Shown here: positions 29,349 to 39,986 of the stretch, in pieces
How positions within the stretch are numbered: position 1 is the stretch's first letter
Layout: each line of letters starts with the position of its first letter
From: Phycisphaerae bacterium
Lineage (GTDB): Bacteria > Planctomycetota > Phycisphaerae > UBA1845
Direction: 5' to 3'
Length of the DNA: 64,000 bases
NCBI GenBank assembly: GCA_963666835.2
Contig: CAXXGO010000006.1
Coordinates: 1,760,001-1,824,000 of the forward strand
Position numbers and translations under genes: made by a program
Notes under the pieces: model-generated
Told to the model about the DNA's origin: nothing
Seen by the model: only the letters and a program-made list of their open reading frames with translations
Database searches by the model: none

Positions 29349-31795
29349 TAGACCTCCTCCGAATCGTCGTCGTCATCAACCTCAGCCTTCGGCTCCGTGG
29401 GATCCCGGTCTTTGGTGAGCTCTCTATCCTCGGTGACAGCAGTGACAGGTGACACTACCTTGTTCTTGGGATCGTCAGCAGGGGTAGTGTCATCGCTTTC
29501 GCCCGTTTGCGACGTAGTGTCACCATTCCCACTCTCGGTCGCGTTGTCCAAGAGGGAATACCGGACCTGCGATCCTCCCCCCCGGGGTCCGGACTTGATG
29601 TCCTTGACCTTGGCCACCCCCGTGTCGACCAGTTCCTCCAGGGCCGCCTTTGCGGCTGCCGAGTTCTTGTAGACGCGTTTCAACCTGCCGCGTATGACCA
29701 TCCTGGTCGTGACTGATCCACCCTCGCCCCGGATGAACTCGATCAGCGCAGCTTTCTGCTTTGAGACGTCAACTTCATCGTACCTGTCGGGGACGACCCT
29801 CAACGCTTCGAGAATCCGCTCATGCTCGTAGGCAAACCAGTCGACCAGGTCGGTCGCATTTCGCATGCTCTCAACGTCGATGGAGTTACTGCCAACAGGA
29901 ATCTCCTTCGACGCCTTGCGGACTGCCCAGAAGATCAGTGCGAGACGAAGTGCTATTTCCTCCAGTTTCACAAGGCCTGCTTCGGTGACTTCGTCGAGTG
30001 CAGCATCCTGCCGGACAGCGTGGCGGTCGAAGAATCGCCACCACGCAGATTCAGCCTCTTTAGAGAAGGGTATCTCTCTCGGCCATGCTCGCCCTCGCTT
30101 GTTTCGCCGGAGTTCGAGATCCAGCAGTGCGCGGACCGCCTTCTCGTAGCATTCCCGTACGCCAGAATCTACGTCTGTTGGCCGCTGCCGTTTGCCCGAC
30201 GGGGGCATAACGAAGAGCCAGCGAGACAAGAACCCACTCTCGAGTAGCTCGGGGGTCATCAATCGGCGGAGTGTTCGTGGCTGCACAGTCCCCAGAACCG
30301 ACACCGCGGCTCCGGACACGCGAATCCGTGGCTTGCTCACCCGATCAACGGACAGGACTCTACCATGCCAGAGTTCGATCCAGTTCTGAGCATCGCCCCC
30401 CTTGCCGTTGCGGTACTTGTTGAGGTCATGGAAGAACCCGGAGACTTCGTCACGCAGAACCACGACACCGCGAGGTTGTTTCTGCAGAATCTGCGCAACC
30501 ACTTCGACGGTCACATCCGAGATTACGTGTCGACTTTCGATTGGCTCCGGCGGCTCCTTGGGCCGGTCGCCCTTCCTACCGCCGCGTTCCCATTCCTCAA
30601 CCGCAGCCTTCCATCGGGCCATGTCCTCGGCGTGCTTCCGCTTTGCCCGCCTGTGTTCCTCTTGTGCTTCGTCCTCGACATCCTGCAGTATCTGTGTCGC
30701 CAACCTAAAAGCCGGGCTCTTTCGGCATCCACTTCGTGCGATGGCGGCCCCCCAGAGGATTGGCGGAGCTTTCCACTCGTTCGTGCATCGCAGTTGCGCC
30801 GTCATCCCCAGTGCGGTGCCGCACGTGACCAGGGCGGGGACCGCGACGAGGGCCGGGTCTATTCCGATTGCCCTGCCGCCCTCTACGGCCAAATCGCGAA
30901 TCACTGTCGGAAGCAACTCGACCGGGAACGGCTTCCATGCCATCGCCCCTGGCGAGTCTTCGTCCTCGACCTCGGTGTCGTTCACCATCTTCAGCAGCTC
31001 AGCTCGGGTTTCATCATCAGAACGGCCGGACTTGCGGCGGGCCTCGACGAACTGCACGGAATCCCCTTTCGCCGGAAGGTCGGGCAGGGCAATCGTCTTG
31101 ATTACGGGGCGAGGTTCCAGCTTGTTCAGCAGCCGGAAGACATCATCGCGATACCGCTCACCATCCCGGTCATTGTCGGGCAGAATCACGACCCGCTTGT
31201 CGCCAAGTGGGGACCAGTCCGTCTTGCTGGCCGCTCGGCTTCCACCCGAGCTTGTCGTCGCGACGAGGCCCAACTTGCGCAGGGCGTCGGCGGCCGGTTC
31301 ACCCTCGGTTACGAACACGAGATCCGCGTTGCGCAAGTCCGGCAGGCAGTACAGCGGTCTCGGTCCAGGCATGGCCTTGATCTGCCACCCGGAGCCAATC
31401 CGGGCGATGGGGCGGATGTCCTTTCCCCCGTTTCTCAGATCCCAGCGAATCACCATTCCAACGGGCTCGCCGTCTGCATCGCGATACGTCCATTTCGCCG
31501 ATGCCTTCCCGAGAGTCCGTTCCATCGCTCCCACCGCGGCATCGGAACTGTCGAATTGCGTTTGCGCGGGCTTTTCTCCCTCGGTCCGTTTGTTTGCGGT
31601 AGCCCGCGGCTGGTCGTTTCGCAAGAAAGTAGTGCCCCCGTCGTCAGGATTGGTCTTGTGACGTCGATATCCCGGCGGCGGCTCGTCTGATCGCATGCAC
31701 CGGATCGCGCTCCCGTCGACCGTTCGCCCGCACCAATCGGGCTTGCCGCACACTATGCACGGAGCAGCGCGGGTGACTTCTTGCCAGTCGCTCAT
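29348..31795 (-). CDS. Primase (Zn finger + TOPRIM) fused to DUF3987-like P-loop domain
   Basis: CIVCGKPDWC, VTEGE, LPDNDRDG, SGCRKS, LRDE, GFLSRWL. Confidence 0.85.
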   Translation of the reverse strand: MSDWQEVTRAAPCIVCGKPDWCGRTVDGSAIRCMRSDEPPPGYRRHKTNPDDGGTTFLRNDQPRATANKRTEGEKPAQTQFDSSDAAVGAMERTLGKASAKWTYRDADGEPVGMVIRWDLRNGGKDIRPIARIGSGWQIKAMPGPRPLYCLPDLRNADLVFVTEGEPAADALRKLGLVATTSSGGSRAASKTDWSPLGDKRVVILPDNDRDGERYRDDVFRLLNKLEPRPVIKTIALPDLPAKGDSVQFVEARRKSGRSDDETRAELLKMVNDTEVEDEDSPGAMAWKPFPVELLPTVIRDLAVEGGRAIGIDPALVAVPALVTCGTALGMTAQLRCTNEWKAPPILWGAAIARSGCRKSPAFRLATQILQDVEDEAQEEHRRAKRKHAEDMARWKAAVEEWERGGRKGDRPKEPPEPIESRHVISDVTVEVVAQILQKQPRGVVVLRDEVSGFFHDLNKYRNGKGGDAQNWIELWHGRVLSVDRVSKPRIRVSGAAVSVLGTVQPRTLRRLMTPELLESGFLSRWLFVMPPSGKRQRPTDVDSGVRECYEKAVRALLDLELRRNKRGRAWPREIPFSKEAESAWWRFFDRHAVRQDAALDEVTEAGLVKLEEIALRLALIFWAVRKASKEIPVGSNSIDVESMRNATDLVDWFAYEHERILEALRVVPDRYDEVDVSKQKAALIEFIRGEGGSVTTRMVIRGRLKRVYKNSAAAKAALEELVDTGVAKVKDIKSGPRGGGSQVRYSLLDNATESGNGDTTSQTGESDDTTPADDPKNKVVSPVTAVTEDRELTKDRDPTEPKAEVDDDDDSEEV

Positions 31796-32694
31796 CAATC
31801 GTTCTCCCTGTCGCGGCATGTTGGTGGGTGACTGATGTTCCAGTGGCTGAGGTACTTCTCCATGCTCCGCCGCTCGAGTCGTTCGATGAGCTGCGCTTGT
31901 TTGAATTCGCCGGGACTGATGTGGCGAGTGATGCACTCCTCTGCCAGCTCTCGGAGCTTCCTTGGCGGGATCGCGTCAACGTCGACCGATCCGCCCTCAA
32001 ACCCGCGGGAACGGCTGTCCGACTTCTTCGTTGGCCGCGTCGGTAGATCCCATTCTTCGATCTGCGCAGGAGTGACGGCCACGCGCTCGAAGTGGATTTC
32101 AGCGTCCGGGGCGTATCGTCTGAGCGTCTCCTCGGTGTGCCGTTGGATGTCCTCCCCGCTGGGGTCATGATCCCCGAAGTGGTAGAGAAAGGCCGGCTTC
32201 GCCCCTGCGGCGATCGCCTGTGCTGTCGAGTGGAGGAACGCCTTGGAGGCGTACCCGCGAGACACCATCAGCGGAACGTCCCACACTCCGGTGACCTCCC
32301 AGAGGACCCCGGCCAGCGCGTCTTTCTCGCACCAGACCTCGGCGCGTACGGGTTGATCGCGCCACAGCGCGCGGCGATAGCACTCGATCGTGCTCTTTAT
32401 GGCGGCTCCGATCGTCGAGAACGAGTCTGGCCGCCGGACCCAGCGGGTGTTATCACTTATCCAGCCAAAGGGAATCTCATTCTGCTCCCGCATCACGCCC
32501 AGCAAGCGCACGACGGTGCCTTTGTACTCCTGCTCGCTCTTGCGGATCAGGGCTTCGGATACAAGCCTGTAGAAGATCTGCCGACAGGTGGCGGGGTTCT
32601 CCTCCTCGGCGATGCGATAGATGGCATGCTTTATGCTCTCGATCTCACGTTTCGACCGTCTGCCTTTTGTTGGCCTAGTCTCCTTAATCGCCAT
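31795..32694 (-). CDS. Winged helix + TopoVI-A/Spo11-type TOPRIM protein
   Basis: TCRQIFYRLV, VWCEKDAL, SRGYAS, FGDHDPSG, DVDAIPP. Confidence 0.75.
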   Translation of the reverse strand: MAIKETRPTKGRRSKREIESIKHAIYRIAEEENPATCRQIFYRLVSEALIRKSEQEYKGTVVRLLGVMREQNEIPFGWISDNTRWVRRPDSFSTIGAAIKSTIECYRRALWRDQPVRAEVWCEKDALAGVLWEVTGVWDVPLMVSRGYASKAFLHSTAQAIAAGAKPAFLYHFGDHDPSGEDIQRHTEETLRRYAPDAEIHFERVAVTPAQIEEWDLPTRPTKKSDSRSRGFEGGSVDVDAIPPRKLRELAEECITRHISPGEFKQAQLIERLERRSMEKYLSHWNISHPPTCRDREND

Positions 32695-32923
32695 TGGCCG
32701 CACCTCCCTCGATAGCGGCCTCCCAGTCGTTTTTGACCGAGATACCCTTCCGGCGGAGTTCAAACACTATGAACCGGACGTAGTCGGGACGGATCTGCCG
32801 ACGGCCGTCGACGATCGGGCAAAGGTCGCCCCTGAGTTTCCCATCGTAGAACAGGCGAGTGATTACCGACGGCTTGACGCCGAGGATTCTCGCAACACGA
32901 CCGACACCGAGGACTTCTGGCAT
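32684..32923 (-). CDS. Small HTH DNA-binding protein
   Basis: VARILGVKPSVITRLFYDG; GGAGG RBS; first gene of the coupled operon. Confidence 0.65.
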   Translation of the reverse strand: MPEVLGVGRVARILGVKPSVITRLFYDGKLRGDLCPIVDGRRQIRPDYVRFIVFELRRKGISVKNDWEAAIEGGAANGD

Positions 32924-33071
32924 GGTAGGACCTCCACCTGCGAGGAATCGTCATGGCCGCAACTCGCGGCCCTCACAGATAGAGGCGGAAACTCACGTGT
33001 AGCCGATGGCTACAAAAGGAATGGCCAGCGGCTACAGGATGAGTAGCCGGTGGCTTCAGAGCAGAGGACGG

Positions 33072-34652
33072 TTAATGGGGTTCGTACGGAGAGGTATTCC
33101 ACGCCGGCGGAGCCTCTATCCTGTAGGCCCATTCGCCGTCGATGGAACGGAGGTGTTTGCGGAGATGTTCCCCGAGCGCTGGGATCGTCTTCTCGATCTC
33201 GCCTATGGCCCGTATGATGTTCCCCATGACTCTCTTGCGGGTCTTCTCGCAGACGGGCCTGTTCTGTCGCGGCCGTCCGCGTATTCCGCGGGCCTCATAT
33301 AGCCGCCTCGCCAGCTCTTGCTGCTGATCCTTGAGTGCTGCGGTTTCCTCTTCGCTTACGGAGTCGTCAATCTCACGCTGCAACCGGTGGATTTCGCTCT
33401 CGTAGTGGTCGATGGCCTCCTGGTCCGTCACGGTGTCCTCAGATATTGACTCTACGCACCCTTTGCCGAAGAGAGCCTCAACTTCCATGTAGTGGACTGC
33501 CGATCTATCGCCCGAGCATCTGCGGCCTATCAGGGAGTGGATGAGCGGGAAACCCTGACGGTTCTTGATGTTGGCGTGCGCCCCCATGTAGTCAATCACC
33601 CACGCATCCCCATCCAGACGGAATCCGCAGACCTCTTTGAGGTTCGGGTGGTCTCCGGAAACGACCTCGTCCACCGGCTGATTCACCGTGCTCTTATTGC
33701 CAGCGTCGCCACGGCCACTTGCTTCTTGTGGCTTCTCGACCGTTCGGTCCGATTGCCTTCGCACATCTGGGCATTCCGTGCTGGTTGTTGGTTGCCCCAC
33801 GAGGTCGTCTCCGGTACCGGCACACCAATTGGCAAAGACCCGACAGGCGACAACTGACGTTGCGCAGAAGAGGTGGCAGCGCAGATGAGGGCTGTCGCCG
33901 CTACCATCCCAGAGGAGTTCGTTCACCTCATTCTCGATCGCGTAGGTACGCGCGACGTCAGCGAAGCACTCACGTACTTCATCCGACGGGAAACGCAGAA
34001 CTTTGGCCACCCCATCGATCCCCAGGAGGGTCCCCATGAAATACAGCCAGTAGGACGGAGGACGAAGCTCCACTTTGCACGTGCTCGCGGCGAGACCGTT
34101 ACTGCAATCACAGTCGATCTCGAATGAACCGAAGCGCCAGAAAGGGGGGGGCAGTTCCTTTACTGCGTCTCGCAGAGCGTACGCCGCTGTTTGGGCGAGT
34201 TCTTCCACCTTTCTGACCCACCGTTCGTCATCCTCGTAGTGGTCCGCTGGCACATGATTCAGTGCCTTGCGGAAGCGCAGCTCGAATGACCGGAATGACT
34301 CGACAACCGCCCGAGCCATCTTGTTGGTTGGGCTTACGTCAGCCGGGACTACCGCTCGAATGTCTGGCTCCCACTGCTGGAAGAAACGCGAGACGCTACG
34401 GAAGTCCAGCTCATCAACGGCGGATTCAGCTTTCTCGTAGTTGGACTCGCTCGGGTGTCCTCGCGCGTGCTCCAACACGGGCGTCGGATCGATTCCATAC
34501 TGGCGAAGGAACGGCTTGAGCGCTTTCGCCGCGAAGAAGTTGCTCTCCGGAGAGAAAAGCTCTCCGCTGCTGCGGCTGCGCCAATCTGCCAGAGCCTGTT
34601 GAACGGCTACGAGATGATCGCCCAAACCCGAAGTGTCGCGCTGCATTTGCAC
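33072..34652 (-). CDS. Hypothetical protein with C-terminal coiled coil and helical, possibly DNA-binding, domain
   Basis: 526 aa ORF; EKTRKRVMGNIIRAI...PALGEHL...WAY tail resembles regulator C-termini. Confidence 0.6.
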   Translation of the reverse strand: MQMQRDTSGLGDHLVAVQQALADWRSRSSGELFSPESNFFAAKALKPFLRQYGIDPTPVLEHARGHPSESNYEKAESAVDELDFRSVSRFFQQWEPDIRAVVPADVSPTNKMARAVVESFRSFELRFRKALNHVPADHYEDDERWVRKVEELAQTAAYALRDAVKELPPPFWRFGSFEIDCDCSNGLAASTCKVELRPPSYWLYFMGTLLGIDGVAKVLRFPSDEVRECFADVARTYAIENEVNELLWDGSGDSPHLRCHLFCATSVVACRVFANWCAGTGDDLVGQPTTSTECPDVRRQSDRTVEKPQEASGRGDAGNKSTVNQPVDEVVSGDHPNLKEVCGFRLDGDAWVIDYMGAHANIKNRQGFPLIHSLIGRRCSGDRSAVHYMEVEALFGKGCVESISEDTVTDQEAIDHYESEIHRLQREIDDSVSEEETAALKDQQQELARRLYEARGIRGRPRQNRPVCEKTRKRVMGNIIRAIGEIEKTIPALGEHLRKHLRSIDGEWAYRIEAPPAWNTSPYEPH

Positions 34653-34876
34653 CTACCTTTCTTTCATCGGGTCGGTCCGGGCGAGTTGTTGGAAGGTAGG
34701 TCAAACCAACAACCTCGCCCGGACCGCTTGGCGGGTGTACGGCCCGCCGTCCCGATCGCACCACTATACTATCCAGGCAAGGGTCTGCGGAGAGTGGTGC
34801 GAGCCCCGGCTCCCGTACGGATATTCAAACCACCTTCTGGACACCTGCAAATCCCTCGCTGCCGGTTCTCCCCCGA

Positions 34877-37800
34877 TCATGCCGCTGGCTCATCCCGAAT
34901 CTGGTCGTAGACCTGCTGTGACAGGTGCTCGGCGACGATCTTCTGGAAGTTCTTGTCGTTCATGAACTTCGCGAAGAGTTCTTCGTTCTGCTCCATCCGA
35001 TCGATGAAGAGGCCTTCAAGTACCTTGTAGAAAACGAAACGGAAATTGTCGATCGTGTTCGCGTGAGCAGCTTGTCGCAGGTCTTCGTCGGCAATTGCCT
35101 CCTCGCGGATCTGGTTGAAGAAAAGCTCATCGGCTGGCGTGAAGTCGGTACCGAACCGCTCGTTGATTAGGTCGATGAGAGTCGATAGCTCGACCTGGGG
35201 GCCTTCGCCGCTGCGTGTTCCCACCGCCGTTGGTCCTTTCACTTCGCCGCCTTCACCCGGCTCAAGCTGAATCGTGCCTTCGCTGATCTTCTGGAGGCGG
35301 TAGAACTTGAGTGTAACCTCGTCGTCAAAATCGTACTTCGGCCCCGATGCCCGACGCGGCAGCTTTGACAGCAGGAAACGGGCGTATGTGTACAGCTTCT
35401 CCAGGTCCGAGTCCTGATATGGGATCACCTGCGACAGGAACGAGTAGAGGCTTCTGAAGGTGATCAAAAGGCCGCGGAACTCCTCCCGCTCTTCCTCGTC
35501 AAGAGCATTGAAGCGGGAGACTGCTGGATCGATGATGGCGTTGATCTTCCCGTGGTCGCTCGGTGTCTGCACGGCCTTGGCCTTGAAGAAGACCTTGCAG
35601 AACTCCTCGACTTCCTCTCGGTGATAGACGTGGCGTTCGTCGAGCTTGGCCTGGAGGTCGTAGAGTTGACGCGGGTCGGCTTCCTCGCCAACGTGGGTCA
35701 CTTCGTAGTACGGTTTGAACGCTTCGTAGATCTCGTCCGGCTTGTTCACGAAATCGAGGACGAACGTGTCCTCCTTTCCCGAGCACGTTCGATTGAGCCG
35801 CGAGAGCGTCTGCACAGCCTGGATGCCCGCCAACCGCTTGTCCACGTACATAGTGTGCAGGAGCGGCTGGTCGAACCCGGTCTGGTACTTCTCGGCAACG
35901 ATGAGCACGCTGTACTCGTCCGTCGCGAACTTCTCGGGGAGCCGCTTCTCGGGAAGTGGCTTCCCTTCGGCGTCGCGATTCATGTCCGGCTCGGTGTAGC
36001 TCACACCAGCCGTATCCGGGTCCTCGACGGTCCCGGAGAACGCAACGAGAGTCTTGATGTCGTCGTAGCCCTTCTCACGTATCTGCTTGTCGAATTCCTG
36101 CTTGTAGCGAACGGCGTGAAGCCGCGAACTTGTGGCCACCATCGCCTTCGCCCGCCCGCCGATCTTGTGCTTGGTGAACGTGCGGAAGTGCTCAAGCATC
36201 ACCTCGGTCTTCTGGGCGATGTTGTGCGGGTGAAGGCTCATGAAGCGAGCCAACGCCTGAGCGGCCTTTCGCTTGTCAACCTCGGGGTCATCCTCAATGG
36301 ACTTGATAAGTCTGAAGTAGGTCTTGTAGGTCGTGTAGTGCTTGAGCACGTCGAGGATGAAGCCCTCCTCAATGGCCTGCCGCATGCTGTACAGGTGGAA
36401 GGGGTTAGGCTTGCCGTCCGGCCCCTTCATGCCGAACACTTCGAGCGTCTTGTATTTCGGCGTGGCCGTGAATGCGAAGAAGCTGATGTTGGGCTGCCGA
36501 CCGCGTTTGAGCATCGTCTTGAGAATCTCTTCCTCGTGGTCCACCAGCCCTTCCGCCTCAGCTCTCTCCTTGGCTTTTTCCTTGATGCTATTTGCCGCGA
36601 GCACGCCCTTGAGTTCGGTCGCACTTTCTCCTGATTGCGAGCTATGGGCCTCATCCACGATGACCGCGTATCTTCGGTCTGGCAGGCTCCCGACCTTCTC
36701 CGTCACGAACGGGAACTTCTGAAGCGTGGTAATGATAATGGGCGTTCCGGCGGTGAGTGCTTCTGCGAGCTGCGTCGAGTGTTCGTCGATTTTCTCGACG
36801 ACGCCTTGCCGGTGCTCGAACTGATAAATCGTGTCCTGAAGCTGGCGGTCGAGCACGATGCGGTCGGTAATCACGATGACCGAATCGAAGACCTTCTCGT
36901 CCCGGTCATTGTGCAGGCTCGCGAGGCGGTGGGCCAGCCAGCCGATGGAGTTGCTCTTGCCGCTTCCGGCAGAATGCTGAATCAGGTAGTTATTCCCGAC
37001 ACCGCTTGCCCGGGCGTCGGCTTCGAGCTTTCGCACCGAGTCGAGTTGGTGGTAGCGGGGGAAAATCATCGTCTCTTTGCGAATCTTCCGCCCGCCGACC
37101 GTCTTCTCCTCCACTTGGAGGTGGATGAAGCGAGCCAAAATGTCGAGAAGCGAATCCCGCTGCCAAACCTGCTCCCACAGGTAGGCCGTCCTGTATCCGT
37201 CCGGGTTCTCTGGATTGCCCGGCCCGGTGGCGTCTCCGAGGTTAAACGGTAGGAAGAACGTCTTCTTGCCGCTGAGCCGCGTGGTCATGTAGACCTCGTC
37301 AGGGTCAACGGCAAAGTGAACCAGCGAACGCTTCTTGAACTCGAAGATTCGCTCACGCGGGTCGCGGTCGGTTCGGTATTGGTGTTTGGCATGGCCGACG
37401 TTTTGGCCGCTCATCGGGTTCTTGAGCTCTGCCGTCACGACCGGGATTCCGTTCAAACCGAGCACCACGTCAATCGAGTTCTCGTTCCTAGTGCTGTAAT
37501 GAAGCTGCCGGGTGACCGTTAGCCGATTAGCGGCGTAGAGCCGCTCGGTGTCCGGGTTCATGCTGTGGGCCGGTGCGAAATAAGCAACGTGGATGAGCTT
37601 ACCGAAACATTTGAACCCGTGGCGGATTACGGCCAGCGAGCCTTGTGAGTCCATCGCCTTGCACAGGTCTTCGAGCACGACGGGCTCGGTTTCCGAGCCG
37701 TGCAACTTCTCCAGAGCCTCCCATATCTCGTGCTGCGTCTCCTTGATGAACGGGACAAGCACCGTCGGGTCGATGGCTCGCTCGCGGTAGAAGTTCGCCG

Positions 37801-37885
37801 GGTCGGCCTTAGCGTAGCCTGCAACACTGAGCAGGTGATGCTCAATGGCGGTCTCGAACGCGATTTCGCGGTGGTCAATCGGCAT
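34877..37885 (-). CDS. hsdR: Type I restriction endonuclease R subunit
   Basis: D...AELK nuclease motif, HSAGSGKS, VDEAH, FTATP, TGFDQP, QTLSRLNR. Confidence 0.96.
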   Translation of the reverse strand: MPIDHREIAFETAIEHHLLSVAGYAKADPANFYRERAIDPTVLVPFIKETQHEIWEALEKLHGSETEPVVLEDLCKAMDSQGSLAVIRHGFKCFGKLIHVAYFAPAHSMNPDTERLYAANRLTVTRQLHYSTRNENSIDVVLGLNGIPVVTAELKNPMSGQNVGHAKHQYRTDRDPRERIFEFKKRSLVHFAVDPDEVYMTTRLSGKKTFFLPFNLGDATGPGNPENPDGYRTAYLWEQVWQRDSLLDILARFIHLQVEEKTVGGRKIRKETMIFPRYHQLDSVRKLEADARASGVGNNYLIQHSAGSGKSNSIGWLAHRLASLHNDRDEKVFDSVIVITDRIVLDRQLQDTIYQFEHRQGVVEKIDEHSTQLAEALTAGTPIIITTLQKFPFVTEKVGSLPDRRYAVIVDEAHSSQSGESATELKGVLAANSIKEKAKERAEAEGLVDHEEEILKTMLKRGRQPNISFFAFTATPKYKTLEVFGMKGPDGKPNPFHLYSMRQAIEEGFILDVLKHYTTYKTYFRLIKSIEDDPEVDKRKAAQALARFMSLHPHNIAQKTEVMLEHFRTFTKHKIGGRAKAMVATSSRLHAVRYKQEFDKQIREKGYDDIKTLVAFSGTVEDPDTAGVSYTEPDMNRDAEGKPLPEKRLPEKFATDEYSVLIVAEKYQTGFDQPLLHTMYVDKRLAGIQAVQTLSRLNRTCSGKEDTFVLDFVNKPDEIYEAFKPYYEVTHVGEEADPRQLYDLQAKLDERHVYHREEVEEFCKVFFKAKAVQTPSDHGKINAIIDPAVSRFNALDEEEREEFRGLLITFRSLYSFLSQVIPYQDSDLEKLYTYARFLLSKLPRRASGPKYDFDDEVTLKFYRLQKISEGTIQLEPGEGGEVKGPTAVGTRSGEGPQVELSTLIDLINERFGTDFTPADELFFNQIREEAIADEDLRQAAHANTIDNFRFVFYKVLEGLFIDRMEQNEELFAKFMNDKNFQKIVAEHLSQQVYDQIRDEPAA

Positions 37886-38561
37886 TAGGATTACCTGCCC
37901 GAGTAGTCTCTTGTCGCTCGCCTAACGCCTGTTGCTCACTAATATCTACGGCCTCGGCGAAGTTGTTGAGCTCCGCATATGCGTAAAGGAGCACGCCAAG
38001 ACACCCAGCAAGAATCGCTGCACTCGTTCCAGACAGATTCCCGGGAGGGTATAGGGCTGAAGCCACTACGAGCGGAGCAACGAGGTTCCGCACGAGACGC
38101 CCCTGGGCTCTGCGTCGGTATATCTCGGCCTTGCTCTTGTCGCCGCTAACGGAACGCAATGCCGCCCGGTAAATCGCGTTCCATTCGGCCAGCCAACGGC
38201 ACCTGAACATCAGCCAGGATTTCGTTGAACGCTTAACGTCATCGTCAAACCCGGGGACACGAACGAAATCGTCCTGGAGGTTCTTGCGGGTCCGATGGGA
38301 GAGTAGGAACAACATGAACTGACGCGGTCCACGCTCGGATAATCCGTCGAGAATGAACCGACTCACTACTGCGGAGATAACACCGAGGCCGTAACAGCCG
38401 CACAAAAAAGCGAACGCAGATAGACTCTCGCTGCTAAGCTCTGGCTGTGAAGCCGGCGGCGGCCCAACCGGCGTCGCGGTGTGGTTGTAGAAGAGCCAAC
38501 CGAGAATCACGCCGGGTACAAGGTTCTCAATGTGAACGTTGACGTCTTTCCAGAACTCCAT
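37875..38561 (-). CDS. Hypothetical multi-TM membrane protein inside the hsd operon
   Basis: 3-4 hydrophobic segments; overlaps the hsdR start. Confidence 0.7.
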   Translation of the reverse strand: MEFWKDVNVHIENLVPGVILGWLFYNHTATPVGPPPASQPELSSESLSAFAFLCGCYGLGVISAVVSRFILDGLSERGPRQFMLFLLSHRTRKNLQDDFVRVPGFDDDVKRSTKSWLMFRCRWLAEWNAIYRAALRSVSGDKSKAEIYRRRAQGRLVRNLVAPLVVASALYPPGNLSGTSAAILAGCLGVLLYAYAELNNFAEAVDISEQQALGERQETTRAGNPNAD

Positions 38562-38570
38562 TGCACTCTC

Positions 38571-39986
38571 TCACATACGGGCTTCCATGTCGCGTACGTC
38601 AATCTTGCCGGTAACGGCAGCCGAAATCAGGGCGGAGCGGTACTCCTGAAGCCGCTCGATTGCCCTTGAGACTTGGCCCATCAAATCGTCGTGTTTTGCG
38701 GTTGCCGTTTGCAGGTGCTCGCAAATCTGTCCCTGTTCATCAAACGGTGGCAGGAATAGCTCGAACCCCTTCCACAGGTCCGTTCTGAGGCATTTTGTGC
38801 CATGGCCCGACTCTTCAACAAGAGCGAGAAACGCCGGGGCGATTCCTTGGAGGAGATAGGCCAAAAAATCCGCAGATGTCCCTGAGCGAACTGAAATCGC
38901 CTTCATATCTTGGTTGATTGTCACCGGTACGCTAGTCAGCCCGACCGGGAAACTGTGAGACAGAATCATCCCCCGCACAACGACGAGCACCGCCGGGGGG
39001 GCGATGAGGCGAATCGTCGTCTCGCTCACCGCTTCGTCCGTCACGTGGTCTGCCGAGTCGTCTATGATGCGGCGTTTCATGTCCTTGGGAGACACCCAAG
39101 GAATTGAGCCGTTCCAGTATCCAAGATTGTCTTTGCTCGGAGTTCCGCCACCCTGCATGGTCGTGATGTACCCGAGCTTCCGGAGGCACCAGTGCTCCGG
39201 TACGGGGCCGAGCCAGGCGATTCCGGAGTCCTTCATCGGGGCGTCGGGGTTGAGGCCCTTGGTGACGGCGTGGCTGATGAGGGCGGTGCGTTTCTCGGCG
39301 AGAAGTTCGATGAGCCGCTGCTTCTTGGCGATGAGTTCATCTATTCGAGCTGTCTCGGTGTCGAGGAATGTAACGATGGCTCGTTGTTCATCGGTTGAAG
39401 GAAATGGAAACCTGTACACGCGGAGCTGTTCGCCCGTAAGGTGAGGAATCGTATTCGGATTCCCTCGTGCGACGAACACACCAGTCGAAGCCGCATGCAA
39501 CAGTGCGTAGTAGAGATAGCGAGTCAGGTCACGGCTGGCACGCGGGCGAAGTCGGTGAAGAGCTTTCTGATACGCACATCGAGGGAGCTTATCATTCCAG
39601 ATTGCAGCCCGGCCAACCTCTCCTCCTTCACAAACGAGCAAGTCGCCGTGGCGAAGAATGAAACGAGCCTCTTCGCGTGGCTCAATGTCCATGTCCGGCA
39701 AGGCGGAAGTGTCGATGTAATCCCACTGAACGTCGGCATTACGTAGATACGGTGTGAGGTGCTCGCCCGTAATCCGCTTCGCGTCGAGCATTTTTCCGAG
39801 TTCGAGCCAGTACCGGGCGTACAGCGGTGCAATCGCCCATTCCAATGGCACCTCGCCCAGCCAGTCAGCCCCGGAATCGCGATAAACCGAATAGCGGGCA
39901 AAACTACGAGCCCCGGACTCAACCGCTTCGAGAAGCTGCCCAGAACCTGACAAGGCAGTGGACTCGACGGCACCAGAGTGAGTCAC
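38571..39986 (-). CDS. hsdS: Type I R-M specificity subunit
   Basis: SGADWLGEVP, EQRAIVTFLD, MKDSGIAWLGPVPEHW, EYRSALISAAVTGKIDV. Confidence 0.95.
   Translation of the reverse strand: MTHSGAVESTALSGSGQLLEAVESGARSFARYSVYRDSGADWLGEVPLEWAIAPLYARYWLELGKMLDAKRITGEHLTPYLRNADVQWDYIDTSALPDMDIEPREEARFILRHGDLLVCEGGEVGRAAIWNDKLPRCAYQKALHRLRPRASRDLTRYLYYALLHAASTGVFVARGNPNTIPHLTGEQLRVYRFPFPSTDEQRAIVTFLDTETARIDELIAKKQRLIELLAEKRTALISHAVTKGLNPDAPMKDSGIAWLGPVPEHWCLRKLGYITTMQGGGTPSKDNLGYWNGSIPWVSPKDMKRRIIDDSADHVTDEAVSETTIRLIAPPAVLVVVRGMILSHSFPVGLTSVPVTINQDMKAISVRSGTSADFLAYLLQGIAPAFLALVEESGHGTKCLRTDLWKGFELFLPPFDEQGQICEHLQTATAKHDDLMGQVSRAIERLQEYRSALISAAVTGKIDVRDMEARM

Noticed and set aside
30365..31690. Long antisense ORFs (also 41045-42433 and 50069-51520)
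   Set aside because: Shadow frames of well-supported genes in GC-rich DNA, with no motifs.
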